From NCBI GenBank assembly GCA_963755715.1, contig CAVWLW010000007.1, forward strand, positions 1-64,000: DNA of 64,000 bases, written 5' to 3'. Below are positions 52,719-62,895 of this stretch, piece by piece. Source of the stretch: an uncultured delta proteobacterium. Its GTDB lineage: Bacteria > Desulfobacterota > Binatia > UBA9968. The number at the start of each line of letters is the position of its first letter. The stretch's first letter is position 1. The notes beneath the pieces were generated by a model. It had not been told where the DNA came from. It did no database searches and worked only from the letters and a program-made list of their open reading frames with translations. The translations under genes were made by a program, and so were the position numbers.

Positions 52719-53348
52719 TCACGGCTCGTAAATCAAAAGGTCGACCGGCTTTCCTCCAACCGGCATATCGGGACAGGCGCTGAAGGCGACGAGCAGATCC
52801 ATCTCTGCTCTAAGATCCACGTAGCTGCCCGGTTGGGGTCGCACCGTCGTATGATCCATGCGGCCGGTCACACCGTCGATTTTCATGTGCTGATTGAGGT
52901 TGAATGGATTGGGTACATCTTCCGGATCGATGCCGTACGGCGCCAAAGCCCGCGAAAGATTCTCGTAGCAGCCATGATCCGGAATCTCTTCGTCTTTATA
53001 ATCTCTGTGGTAATAGTCTCTTAGCTTTCCCTCTTTTTTGGCGAGTTGAAAGCGGTAGCCGCTGCACATGCCTTTCTGCAAATCGTGAGTTCCCTCGCGG
53101 TTGGTGTTCTCGACGATCGTCATCATGTGCTGATTGTTGCGCCCCATCAGCTTGTCGCCGGTCGTGATGAAGATTTTCATGTTATAGACCTTGGTTCGCG
53201 CCTGGTCGAAGCGCTCTTTGAGGTTATCCCGCCTCATGCACACGAAATCGACCGTGGTCGTCGCTAGGATCCGAATCACCTGGCCATTTTTCAATTCTCC
53301 AGCCCAGCCGGAATTATAAGGCACATGCGCCTCTTTCACTTTTTTCAT
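52719..53348 (-). CDS. DUF1989 (urea carboxylase-associated family) protein
   Basis: GQVIRI..VDF, HDLQKGMC, HGCYENL, PNPFNL, LRAEMDLLVAFSACP. Confidence 0.85.
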   Translation of the reverse strand: MKKVKEAHVPYNSGWAGELKNGQVIRILATTTVDFVCMRRDNLKERFDQARTKVYNMKIFITTGDKLMGRNNQHMMTIVENTNREGTHDLQKGMCSGYRFQLAKKEGKLRDYYHRDYKDEEIPDHGCYENLSRALAPYGIDPEDVPNPFNLNQHMKIDGVTGRMDHTTVRPQPGSYVDLRAEMDLLVAFSACPDMPVGGKPVDLLIYEP

Positions 53349-53663
53349 AACGCTACTTCCTCTCGACGTGCAATGAATAGGAATTTGCTTTCTACAGCCC
53401 GAAGCGGAGAGTATTCGATCACAATCGAATATGTCAACTTGAAGCAAAGCCGAAACTGAATATTCGCTTCCCGGCGAGACTCCGCTAAGAGCCATTTAAA
53501 CTAGCTGGGGCTCGAGGATCGATTAGAGATGATCTACTTTTTGGAATTTCTTCCCGGTGGCGCTGACGACGCCTGCCAAACACCCAAGCGTTGACGAATT
53601 TTATTTGTCGCCTCAGGCTAGTCGGTGGCGAGCGAGTCGGACAAGCCGCACCGACACACAGGG

Positions 53664-54539
53664 TTATTCGAGTAAATATCTCGCGCTGAACCCGAGCATC
53701 CTTCTGGACTTTCCAGGGTCATAACCGGCCCAGTTTCCTGCGCTGTTCGTACGGAGGTTCGCATTCGGCAAATACTCCGTAACAAGCTCCGAAGTCGGCC
53801 TGTTTATGATCGTATTAGAAGCGCAAATGTTGAATGCCTCGTGACCTGTGAAGTTGGCTTCGACCGCTAGACGGCACGCAAGAGCAGCGTCGCGAACATC
53901 GATGTAAGTCCACAGCGGGCCACTCCATCTCAAGGGATCTTTTCGTCTCTCCCTGAGATTCTGGTGCGTGAAATCGGCGCAAATTCCGGCGAATCGCAGG
54001 CTGGCGATCTGCATATCGCCCTTGCTCGCGAATGCGTCGCAAGCGCGCTCGACAACGAGCTTGGACACGCTGTAGGGATCCTGCGGCCTCAAGGGATAAT
54101 CTTCATCGACCGGTAGATACTCCGGCGCCGTCCACCGCGAGGGATAATAGAAGCCGTAAATCGTAAGACTCGATCCCATCACGAGCTTTTTGATTCCGGC
54201 GGCAAACGCCGCCGCCATGACGTTGTAGCTTATAGTTACGTTGTAACCGAATATTGCCGCGTCGCCGAGGACGTCGGGAGTTTTCCATGTGCGAGACGCG
54301 GGATCGAATCCGTTGCTCGTGTAGGGAAACTTTTTTCTGGCCAGATGGACCACTGCGTCGGCTTGCTCAAACGCCTTGGCAAGATCGTCTGCCTGGAGCA
54401 GATCGATGACCGAAGAGCGGCAGACGCTTTCCGAGATGGGCACTTTATCGATCGACAGCACGTCGTGACCGTGATCGAGCAATTCGCCGATAGTTAACTG
54501 TCCAAGCCTGCCGGCGCCGCCGGTCACCACGATTCTCAT
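53664..54539 (-). CDS. NAD-dependent epimerase/dehydratase (extended SDR)
   Basis: VTGGAGRLG, VVHLA, YSVSK. Confidence 0.9.
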   Translation of the reverse strand: MRIVVTGGAGRLGQLTIGELLDHGHDVLSIDKVPISESVCRSSVIDLLQADDLAKAFEQADAVVHLARKKFPYTSNGFDPASRTWKTPDVLGDAAIFGYNVTISYNVMAAAFAAGIKKLVMGSSLTIYGFYYPSRWTAPEYLPVDEDYPLRPQDPYSVSKLVVERACDAFASKGDMQIASLRFAGICADFTHQNLRERRKDPLRWSGPLWTYIDVRDAALACRLAVEANFTGHEAFNICASNTIINRPTSELVTEYLPNANLRTNSAGNWAGYDPGKSRRMLGFSARYLLE

Positions 54540-54736
54540 TTCAGTGAATCTCCGTTCGCACATTCCTCGTTTAGCGCTTTCGTAAAACTCTTGTCAATGA
54601 AGACGTGGCATCGCTTCGTTGTTGGCCGTCGCGTATTTAGGCTCCGATTTCTCCCGATGCTTGACATGAATTGGTCGCTTCAATAGATTCCACCCAGTCG
54701 TTTGCCAATCGTTGCCGCGAGGCAAAGGAAAATTCG

Positions 54737-55720
54737 ATGAGAAATAACTCTCGGTTACTGCTCCTGGCGAGCTTCATTTTATTGTCAATTGCCAACTTGC
54801 CGCAAAGTTTTTCGGCGGAGGCGGCAAAAGTCATCATCGGCATGGATGCGCCGACTCTCTCCGATTTGCCGTTGTCCTTAGCGCTCAAAAAGGATTTCTT
54901 TAAGCCTGAAGGCTTGAGCGTCTTGCCGGTGCTGTTCCGGAGCGGACCCACAGCCATGCAAGCCCTGGTCTCGGGATCGATTCAATTCAGCACCGGTTTC
55001 GGAACGGGAACGCGAGCCGCCATGGCGGGCGCGCCGGTCAAAGGCATCATCGGGTTCAACAACAAACCTGCCTTCATCCTTTATGGGCGCCGCGAGTCCG
55101 GCATTCGCTCGATCGCCGACATCAAAGGAAAAAAGATCGCTGTCACCGGCGTCGGCAGCACGACCGACTATGCCGCAAGAGCGATTCTGACGCATAACCA
55201 CATCGATCCCGATAAAGAAGTTTCGATCCTGGCTGTGGGCAGCGAGAGTGTTTTTGCCGCGCTTCAGAAAGGCGCCGTGGATGCGGCCATTCTTTGGGCT
55301 CCGGGTTTTGCCATCGCCGAGAAGCTCGGCATGGTCAGGCTCCAGTCGCTCGCCGACATCCTCGAACTGCCCGGCTCCGGGGTCGTGGTATCGGACCAGC
55401 TCATCAAGGAGAATCCTCTTCTGATCAAGAAATTTCTACGCGGCACAGTCAAGGGATTTCACTATGTGCACGATCCTAAGAATAAGGATGAAATCGTCAG
55501 TTCGATAACGAAGGATTTTAGCCTCGAACGGGATATCGCCGACACCAACTACAAATTTATGCTGAGCATCCTGTCAACGGACGGCAATATCTCGCGGCGA
55601 GCGATCGAAAACGGCATCGAGCTCACGCGCCAGCGCGTGAAGACTTCAGAGTCGACCAGCGAGCTTACCAAAAAAATGTATGATTTTACTTTGCTGGAAG
55701 ACGTTCAGAGAGGCAAATAA
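54737..55720 (+). CDS. NitT/TauT substrate-binding protein
   Basis: Signal peptide; ALVSGSIQF, IADIKGKKIAV, ALQKGAVDAA. Confidence 0.88.
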   Translation: MRNNSRLLLLASFILLSIANLPQSFSAEAAKVIIGMDAPTLSDLPLSLALKKDFFKPEGLSVLPVLFRSGPTAMQALVSGSIQFSTGFGTGTRAAMAGAPVKGIIGFNNKPAFILYGRRESGIRSIADIKGKKIAVTGVGSTTDYAARAILTHNHIDPDKEVSILAVGSESVFAALQKGAVDAAILWAPGFAIAEKLGMVRLQSLADILELPGSGVVVSDQLIKENPLLIKKFLRGTVKGFHYVHDPKNKDEIVSSITKDFSLERDIADTNYKFMLSILSTDGNISRRAIENGIELTRQRVKTSESTSELTKKMYDFTLLEDVQRGK

Positions 55721-55741
55721 TTAGCTTATGGGAGAAGAGTC

Positions 55742-56944
55742 ATGGCGGAAGCAACCCAGGAGAAATTGAACCTATCGGCGATCTGTCATGTCGGTCCCGG
55801 TACTGCCGGCGGTGAAATGTTCCGGCGTTACTGGCTGGCGATTTCCCGGGCCGAAGATTTAAGAGACATTCCCATGGCGGTCACGGTTCTTGGCGAGGAA
55901 CTGGCGCTTTTCCGCGACGGCGCCGGCCGCCTCGGCCTTATGGGACTTCACTGTTCGCACCGAGGCACATCCCTGGAATACGGCGACATTGAGGAACGAG
56001 GCATAAGGTGCCCTTATCATGGATGGCTTTATGACGTCGCGGGAAACTGTCTGGAGCAACCGCTCGAGCCCAAGGGCAGCACCTTCTGCCAAAAGGTGAA
56101 GCATCCGAGCTACCGAGTTAAAGAGTTGGGCGGTTTGATCTTCGCTCACCTCGGCAAAAGTGATCCACCGCCGTTGCCGCGTTATTCCACCCTCGTCCGA
56201 GACGACGGTATCCGTTTGACGCTGCCGCCGCGCCATTGGGATTATAACTGGTTCAACTTTTTCGAGAATACGATCGATTCACTGCACGCGTTTTTCTTGC
56301 ACAAGCCGAGCCGCGCCGATCGCTCCTGGGAAAATGCCTTCTGGGATTTCCCGGGCGACCATCATATCGAAGCTTTGCCGACTGAGTATGGCCTGAAGAC
56401 GATCGTGCACTGGCCGGGCCCAACACCGGATACTCTATACGTCAGGCTCACGAGCCTCGCACTGCCGACGGTTTTTTCTCTTGGCGGACGGGGAGTCGAG
56501 GAAGAAGGCTTTGAGCGCCTGCTGTTCGTCACCCCTGTGGATGACGACAGCTTCATGGTCTTTAGCAGCGATTTTGTTCCTCAAGGTAAAGATGACGTGA
56601 TTACAAAAAGGGATCAAACGCGCTACGCCCCACCGACCGCAGAGCCGGTCAAAGAGTACGACAAGCGCAAAAACGTGCCCTACCGAGGGCAGGTGTGGAG
56701 GGAGGACTACGTCTGCCAGTCGACGCAGGGAAAGATCGGCTACAGAAACGAGCAATTGGCAACGTCCGATCGCGGGGTGATTTTGCTCCGAAAGCTCCTC
56801 ATGGAGGCGATCGACACCGTGCAGAAGGGCGGCGTGCCGATGGGCGTCGTTCCGAAAGAAAAAGAAAACGAAACCATTAGCCTGGATGCCTTTCGCCGAA
56901 TATTGCCTAAGTCCGAGCTGAACCAAGTGATGCAGTCTACATGA
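55742..56944 (+). CDS. Rieske non-heme iron oxygenase alpha subunit (phthalate 4,5-dioxygenase/LigX-like group)
   Basis: VGPGT.GGEMFRRYW, CSHRG...CPYHGW, ENTIDSLHAFFLH, LATSDRGV. Confidence 0.9.
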   Translation: MAEATQEKLNLSAICHVGPGTAGGEMFRRYWLAISRAEDLRDIPMAVTVLGEELALFRDGAGRLGLMGLHCSHRGTSLEYGDIEERGIRCPYHGWLYDVAGNCLEQPLEPKGSTFCQKVKHPSYRVKELGGLIFAHLGKSDPPPLPRYSTLVRDDGIRLTLPPRHWDYNWFNFFENTIDSLHAFFLHKPSRADRSWENAFWDFPGDHHIEALPTEYGLKTIVHWPGPTPDTLYVRLTSLALPTVFSLGGRGVEEEGFERLLFVTPVDDDSFMVFSSDFVPQGKDDVITKRDQTRYAPPTAEPVKEYDKRKNVPYRGQVWREDYVCQSTQGKIGYRNEQLATSDRGVILLRKLLMEAIDTVQKGGVPMGVVPKEKENETISLDAFRRILPKSELNQVMQST

Positions 56945-57103
56945 ATGCTTGGAGAGATCCGTTCGAAGGTCACTCCGGCGCATTCGCGGGAGCTGACAAC
57001 AAACCTGCGCCGTCCTCACCTCGGCGCCATCTCTTTTTGAACGTCTATTTCTCTTGCCGTTGACATCCGAAATTTCGCTCCTTAAGGTGGCGTTTTCGAC
57101 CCA

Positions 57104-58012
57104 ATGAAAAAGTTCATCTGCTACTCATTTATTTTGCTTATCGCTTTTCTTGAGGGAAACTCTTATGGAGACTTTACTGGCACCGGGCATGTTCACACGC
57201 TGTCAGAGACAAAACAGGTTTTTTTGAATCCCGATTGCCGGGCTACCGACACGTGCGATCTCAAAAGATTCACGCTCACAAGCCTGGTTAACGAAATTTG
57301 GTTCAGTGACGACCCCAATTATCCCACTTACGGCAACGGCGCGATCATGGAATACGAAACCGATTCAGTGGATACGATCGAAAAATACGCCATTGTCCAA
57401 TTCGTAAAAGGCTGCGTCTTTGACAGCTCGAAAAACCGGCAAGGCAAGATCATTAAGAATATAAATTATGGCGTATCGAGCTTTGGCGAAGACATTCCTC
57501 TTTGCTTTCCCGAATGGGTGATAGATTCGCAGGACACCGATCCCGCCTACAACAGCGATCCTGAATACGGCAGATTTTATTTATTGAGATGGAACGAACC
57601 CGGCTCCTATGATAACCGAACCCAGCAATACTACGGCGCCAAAAAGCCGAACCATCCGGTTGTTTACATGACCGATTACCCCGCCGGAGCGTTCGTTACG
57701 GGAACGGGCGTAAAAAACGCCGCGCTGCAATTCAAAACCTGCATCTATAAGGCAAGCGACGTACCTACGGCAACACGGCGCGACAATATCAAATTTGCCA
57801 AGCCCATTACCTGCTTTGAATGGCAAAATGTTTACGTCTACGACTTTGACAAAGCAAAGTTCGAGACCCAATTGGCGGATTTTCCGGGCCGGGAAAAGCC
57901 AGCCGCGCGCGTGAATATTTTCCTGGTCATAACGTTCGTTACCCTCTTGGCCGCACTCGCTCTGGTCGCTTGTTCACGCTTCGGCAAATTCCCCCGCCAA
58001 AAAGATTACTAA
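57104..58012 (+). CDS. Hypothetical secreted protein with C-terminal TM anchor
   Basis: MKK signal peptide, Cys/Tyr-rich body, hydrophobic C-terminal helix plus basic tail. Confidence 0.7.
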   Translation: MKKFICYSFILLIAFLEGNSYGDFTGTGHVHTLSETKQVFLNPDCRATDTCDLKRFTLTSLVNEIWFSDDPNYPTYGNGAIMEYETDSVDTIEKYAIVQFVKGCVFDSSKNRQGKIIKNINYGVSSFGEDIPLCFPEWVIDSQDTDPAYNSDPEYGRFYLLRWNEPGSYDNRTQQYYGAKKPNHPVVYMTDYPAGAFVTGTGVKNAALQFKTCIYKASDVPTATRRDNIKFAKPITCFEWQNVYVYDFDKAKFETQLADFPGREKPAARVNIFLVITFVTLLAALALVACSRFGKFPRQKDY

Positions 58013-58579
58013 TCCGATTGGCAAGCGATGGAGCGCCGCCGCTGTATTATCGAGACCTCCCGGTGGAAGACGCGCGTCGTTTCCAAGTAACAGGAGGCAT
58101 AAAAATGCCGAGGCTGCTTGGCTCGGCGCTGAACGAAGACCGGTTTAAGCCACTTTATCCTTTCCAGCAGCTGGCACATTGAGGGCTTCCTTCTTCTTCC
58201 TAAAATACTCGCGTTTAGAAAGCCGGATTGCTTGCCGCTTGCGGCGTTGCAAGTTGCGTTTAGCATTCTGATTCATGTGAGTGCCTCCATGCGATACGTT
58301 TCTGAACTACCAAGGTTCTATCAATACCACTATCGAACAACAAACTCCGACCGTTCAGGCGGCGCCTAGGGTCAGCGGCCAGACAATGAATGCGCCAATA
58401 CCCAGGCCAAATTTGGCGGCATTTGGGCGAAGATTGGCAAAAACCGACCAGTCGGAGGAAATCACCAGGCTTTATCGCCTGTCAGCCGTAGGCGTTTCCC
58501 AGACGAATGTAAGTGTATGTTCTCGGTGGAGACGTGTTAGTAGCCGCTAATTTCACGTACTACAACGACTTGGACTCTT

Positions 58580-58595
58580 TGGCATTTAGCTTGCT
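58580..58595 (+). promoter_or_regulatory. Putative sigma54 promoter
   Basis: TGGCAT-TTAGC-TTGCT, 35 nt before ATG 58630. Confidence 0.65.
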
Positions 58596-58629
58596 GCCTA
58601 TGTGAGTAGAACCCGACAGGAGGCCAGAG

Positions 58630-58977
58630 ATGAAAAGAAAAATTTTACTATGGGTCGTTGTCATGCTCATGAGCGGAATTTTTGCTATTCCAAAGACAGC
58701 GTTCACCCGTGACGAAAGAAACTATAACGGGAGCCAACTACAGGGACGTTGGTATATGAATGGCGATCCGAACAAGCCCACCGAGATCAATGCAGATCGG
58801 CGGGGCCTTGAAGCGAGAAATGAAAACGGTCACACGAGTAGATTGGAAGTTGATCGTAAGGGGAATATTCGTGCTTTGGACTGGCATGGTATACGCGGCG
58901 ATCTAAGAGGCAACAGAATCCAATGGGACAATGGCACGACGTGGACGCGAAGGCCATCGGACCGAGGTAGGCGTTAG
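58630..58977 (+). CDS. Small secreted beta-rich hypothetical protein
   Basis: AGGAGG RBS; signal peptide; LQGRWY...IQWDNGTTWTR. Confidence 0.75.
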   Translation: MKRKILLWVVVMLMSGIFAIPKTAFTRDERNYNGSQLQGRWYMNGDPNKPTEINADRRGLEARNENGHTSRLEVDRKGNIRALDWHGIRGDLRGNRIQWDNGTTWTRRPSDRGRR

Positions 58978-59059
58978 ACGGTTTATCATGCTTCTTGCGT
59001 GACGCTTTGAGAAATTTATTGATTGCACCGGAAAACTCTAACCGAAGGGGTCGCGCCAC
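58978..59059 (-). pseudogene. N-terminal remnant of a REP-associated tyrosine transposase (Y1/RAYT)
   Basis: MARPLRLEFSGAI resembles the usual RAYT start MARPLRIEFPGA.YH, then similarity is lost. Confidence 0.5.
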
Positions 59060-59118
59060 GACGAGCCGTGTTTATCAGGACCCATGTGGCACCCCAAGAA
59101 AGTTGTTTGCTTTTCTTT

Positions 59119-59958
59119 TCACAGCGCGATTGTTTCGATTCGCTGGACTTCTTCGTCGGTGAGCGTGAATTGCCCGGCTTGGAGGTCTTCTTTCATGTGT
59201 TGTTGGTTCGTGGTTCCGGTCAACGGCAGCATGCCGATCAGCATCGCGAAGCGAAAGATGACTTGCGCGACAGTAGCGTTGATTCGCGTCGCGATGGCAT
59301 GAATCTCGGGATCGCCAAGCACTTCTCGATTGGCGGTCAATAGCGAAAACCCCTGATAGACAATCCCGTTTGTCCGGCAAATTTCTCGCACGGCTTTATC
59401 CCAGCCGAGGGCGGCAAAGCAACGGTTTTGCACCACCATGGGTTTGACATTCGCTTGTTCACAGAGCTGCGCGAGCTGAGCGCCCGTGATATTGCTCACG
59501 CCGATCATTTTAGTTTTTCCGGCCCGATAGAGACCTTCCATAGCCGTCCAAACTTCCCAATCCGCCGTTCCCAAACCTCGCCTTTGGAACGGCGCGTGCA
59601 GGACATAAGAGTCCACATAGTCGGTACCCAGGTGGTTCAGCGAGCTGTCAAAGGACTGACTGACTTGAGTGGTGAGATCAGCCGAGGGATCGTACGGGGT
59701 TCGACCGCCTTGGCCATCCACCGAAGTAAATTTGGTTTGAAGAAACAGGGAGTCACGCTTGATCCCCTTTTTTGCTAGCGCCTGCAGAGCTTCGCCCACC
59801 AGAGCTTCCTGGTAGTGGATCAATTGATTGGCCGTGTCGATCGCCGTGAAGCCCGACGCCACCGCGAGTTGCACCAGTTCCGTCGTCGCCTCCTTTTTCC
59901 AAGCCGTCCCGTACATCCAAGAAGGAATCGGAACCCCATTGTAAGCCGTCAACGCCAT
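59119..59958 (-). CDS. Aldo/keto reductase
   Basis: YGTAW, IDTA..Y, LFLQTK, YVLH, IGVSN. Confidence 0.9.
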   Translation of the reverse strand: MALTAYNGVPIPSWMYGTAWKKEATTELVQLAVASGFTAIDTANQLIHYQEALVGEALQALAKKGIKRDSLFLQTKFTSVDGQGGRTPYDPSADLTTQVSQSFDSSLNHLGTDYVDSYVLHAPFQRRGLGTADWEVWTAMEGLYRAGKTKMIGVSNITGAQLAQLCEQANVKPMVVQNRCFAALGWDKAVREICRTNGIVYQGFSLLTANREVLGDPEIHAIATRINATVAQVIFRFAMLIGMLPLTGTTNQQHMKEDLQAGQFTLTDEEVQRIETIAL

Positions 59959-60299
59959 GATCTTTCCTCCACTTCGAGGATTACCTACTCGCCGCCCCCC
60001 TGTCCAGGCCTCCGCCTTCTATTTTCCCCGAGACAACTCTCCAAATCTTTAGCTTTAAACACGGGAGGAAGTTTCGCGAATTATGTATCAGAAACCTTCC
60101 TGGCCAAGTCATTACCTGCCAAAGCGCAGGTCCGATCAGCGCAGCAAAGAATTGCGCGCGCCGCGAAAACTCGCAAGCATAGTAGCACAGAGTATATAGA
60201 ACGGCTGAATGCTCTCAACTTTTGCCTTTTGTCCTTTTACTTTTTGGTTTTTTGGTGTCACTCATGCTGGAATATTTGTAAGCTTACCAAGGAAAAGGA

Positions 60300-60497
60300 A
60301 TGAATCATGATCCCATCGTCCGATTTAAAGAATTGTCGACCCAAACCGAGCAACTCGGCATCGTGTCCTATAACACGGCCGCTTTCAGCTCCGCCGACAA
60401 AGAATTATAGCCGACCGGCGCATGCTGCTGTTAAAGGACGTCGATCACTGCGGCCGCGTATTCTACCCCAACCTGCAGAGTCGTAAGGCGCGCCACC
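60300..60497 (+). pseudogene. pdxH: Decayed 5' fragment of pyridoxamine 5'-phosphate oxidase
   Basis: MNHDPIVRFKEL...NTAAFSSAD..(stop)PT / RMLLLKDVDHCGRVFYPNLQSRKAR resembles PdxH DP..F...NAM.LAT...P..RMVLLK.....FVFYTN..SRK. Confidence 0.65.
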
Positions 60498-60624
60498 AGC
60501 GCGAGGTTTACACGCGCCAGTTGGTGGTTGGATGATCCCACTTCTCGCTCCGATCGGCAGCAACCACCTCGCCGATTTCATTCGAGCGATCGCAACACGG
60601 TTCGGAATAACCCAGACTCATTTC

Positions 60625-61902
60625 ATGCCCAGCGAAATCAAAGGTCTCAAGTTCCTCGTGCGCGCGTTAGGTTCGCGAAACTTTCGGCTGTTTTTCTTCG
60701 GCCAAGCCGTGTCGTTGATCGGCACCTGGATGCAAATCATCGCCATGCGCTGGCTGGTCTATCGCTTGACAAAATCCGAGCTGATGTTGGGCATGGTGGG
60801 ATTTATCAGCGACGTCCCGCTCTTTCTGCTCGTGCCATTTGCCGGTGTCTTGGCGGACCGGCTCAAACGTCACCGCATCATGGTTGTCACCCAGGCATTC
60901 TCGGCTCTTCAGGCGGCGGTGTTGGCGGCGCTTGTCCTCACAGATCAAGTTGCCGTCTGGCATGTGTTCGTTCTCGGCGGCCTGCTCGGCGTCGTCAGCG
61001 CCTTCGATATCACCGCGCGCCAAGCCTTCATCGTCGACATCATCGAGAAAAGAGAGAGCCTGCCCAATGCCATCGCTCTAAACTCTTTCATTTTTAACGG
61101 CGCCCTGCTCATCGGTCCCGCCGTCGCCGGCATCCTGATCGCCCTGGTCGGAGAAGGACCGTGCTTCGCTCTCAACAGTTTGAGTTACCTGGTGGTCTTA
61201 GGCGCGCTCTTTCTGATGAAAATCCCGGAAAAGACATTTTCCGCCAGCCCGCTCGATTTCAAGAAAGCGATCGTGGAAGGCGCCGCTTACACGCTCGCTT
61301 CGGTGCCCATGCGATCCATCTTGATGTTCGTTGCCGCGGTCAGTCTCGTCGCCGCATCCTACACGCTGCTCATGCCGGTATTTGCCGAAGACATCCTGCA
61401 AGGCGGCCCGCGTGTCTTCGGCTATCTCATGTCCGCCACCGGCGTGGGCGCACTCGCGGGCGCGATCTTTCTTGCCTCGCGCAGCCGCCTCAAAGGACTG
61501 GCCGAGGTCATTGTCATCGCCGGCACCCTCTACGGCGTCGGCCTGGTGGCTTTATCCTTCTCGCGCTTCCTATCGATCGCTTTGATCATTGCCCTGGTGC
61601 TGGGCTTCTCTCTGATGATGCAAATGGCCTCGAGCAACACCATCGTCCAGAGCATCGTCGACGACCAAAAACGCGGCCGGGTACTGAGCTTCTTTGTGAT
61701 GGCACGTCGCGGTGTCGAATCGCTGGGCAGCCTATTGTTCGGCGTCATCGCCAACTGGGTCGGCACGCCCGGGACTCTGATGATCGGCGGCGCGGTCTGC
61801 CTGCTTGCGGTAGCCGCTTTTGCCACCCAACTTTCATCGATTCGGCAAGCCAGCCACTTGTTCGACGAGGATAAGAAACGCGCAAGGCGTGAAAATGCGT
61901 GA
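60625..61902 (+). CDS. MFS transporter (MFS_3/DUF894-like)
   Basis: RNFRLFFFGQAVSLIGTWMQ, GVLADR, RGRVLS; about 12 TMs. Confidence 0.9.
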   Translation: MPSEIKGLKFLVRALGSRNFRLFFFGQAVSLIGTWMQIIAMRWLVYRLTKSELMLGMVGFISDVPLFLLVPFAGVLADRLKRHRIMVVTQAFSALQAAVLAALVLTDQVAVWHVFVLGGLLGVVSAFDITARQAFIVDIIEKRESLPNAIALNSFIFNGALLIGPAVAGILIALVGEGPCFALNSLSYLVVLGALFLMKIPEKTFSASPLDFKKAIVEGAAYTLASVPMRSILMFVAAVSLVAASYTLLMPVFAEDILQGGPRVFGYLMSATGVGALAGAIFLASRSRLKGLAEVIVIAGTLYGVGLVALSFSRFLSIALIIALVLGFSLMMQMASSNTIVQSIVDDQKRGRVLSFFVMARRGVESLGSLLFGVIANWVGTPGTLMIGGAVCLLAVAAFATQLSSIRQASHLFDEDKKRARRENA

Positions 61903-62069
61903 CCGTGCAATCAAAGAGTGCGTCACGGCACAGTCGGTAGCATTTTTCTTGCTGGCCTCGGCAGAATCCTCCAGACGTATCGAAAAATAATCCCGCTCCA
62001 GGGACAGCATAAGCACATTTTCTCTTTCGTTTGTCGCTGTTAGGAGACCTGTGAGATGCCTTCGTTACA

Positions 62070-62085
62070 TGGCATCAGAAATGCT
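62070..62085 (+). promoter_or_regulatory. Putative sigma54 promoter
   Basis: TGGCAT-CAGAA-ATGCT upstream of the entericidin gene. Confidence 0.5.
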
Positions 62086-62129
62086 CTTTGACGCCTACAG
62101 GTTGTAACAATAAAAAGAGAGGTGATTTT

Positions 62130-62300
62130 ATGGATGGTCATTTTATGAGAAAAATCTTTTCGGCGCTGATTATAGCTGGTTCGCTAGCGGGTATCCTGGG
62201 TTCGTTCGCCTGCAATACGGTTCACGGGTTGGGGCAAGACATTGAGCGTGGAGGCGAAAAAACTCAGGACGCGGCGGATTCTGTGAAAAGACGGTTGTAA
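62130..62300 (+). CDS. Entericidin EcnA/B-family lipoprotein
   Basis: Lipobox FAC then NTVHGLGQDIERGGEK. Confidence 0.85.
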   Translation: MDGHFMRKIFSALIIAGSLAGILGSFACNTVHGLGQDIERGGEKTQDAADSVKRRL

Positions 62301-62552
62301 GAAACGGATTCTCGGTCAGCCGCAATCACCGATTCGGGTCGAGAAGCGGTCGGCGGTTGCGCTGTATTATGTCAGCCTGCTTCACTCCGGTCCGTGAATA
62401 TCTCGAACACGATCACGAACACGTCGATTCTCAGACCTAATGTTCAGCAGGCCGAGCGCCCGATTAGTTGTTCCCTGGAGGTTTTGGAAAGCTGGAGGGC
62501 CGCCTTCGATTTGGCGGCCCTCCACGCATACCGAAAACATTTCGGTCAGACA

Positions 62553-62864
62553 TCAGTCGTGATCATGATCACGGTCACGATGCCATCGGTCACGGTTTTG
62601 CCCGTATATATCTCTTCGGTCTTGACGGATTTCCCTCTTCTGATCGCGTATCTTCTCGTTGTATTCACGGGCTTCGCGCCTGTCGCCCTCGCGGCGCTCC
62701 TGGTTACGCCGCTGTCTTAACTCTTCGAGCTGTCGCTGGTCTCTGCGTAGCTCTTCACGCTGTTTATGATCGCCGGGCGGGTTATCGGCATAACTGCGTC
62801 CACTCGGGATCAGTAGAGAAGCCGCCAGCAAACTCAGAGATATTATTGATATCGATTTTTTCAT
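62553..62864 (-). CDS. Small secreted charged (R/D/E-rich) protein
   Basis: AAGGAGG RBS; MKK signal peptide; ELRRD/EIRQD repeats. Confidence 0.75.
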   Translation of the reverse strand: MKKSISIISLSLLAASLLIPSGRSYADNPPGDHKQREELRRDQRQLEELRQRRNQERREGDRREAREYNEKIRDQKREIRQDRRDIYGQNRDRWHRDRDHDHD

Positions 62865-62895
62865 TCTTGTTCCTCCTTTTCTGTGAAAGAAGAAC

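Noticed and set aside
53349-53660. Guanidine (ykkC) riboswitch upstream of DUF1989
   Set aside because: No recognisable conserved ykkC sequence blocks by eye
62130-62300. EcnAB toxin-antitoxin pair
   Set aside because: Only one entericidin-like gene is visible
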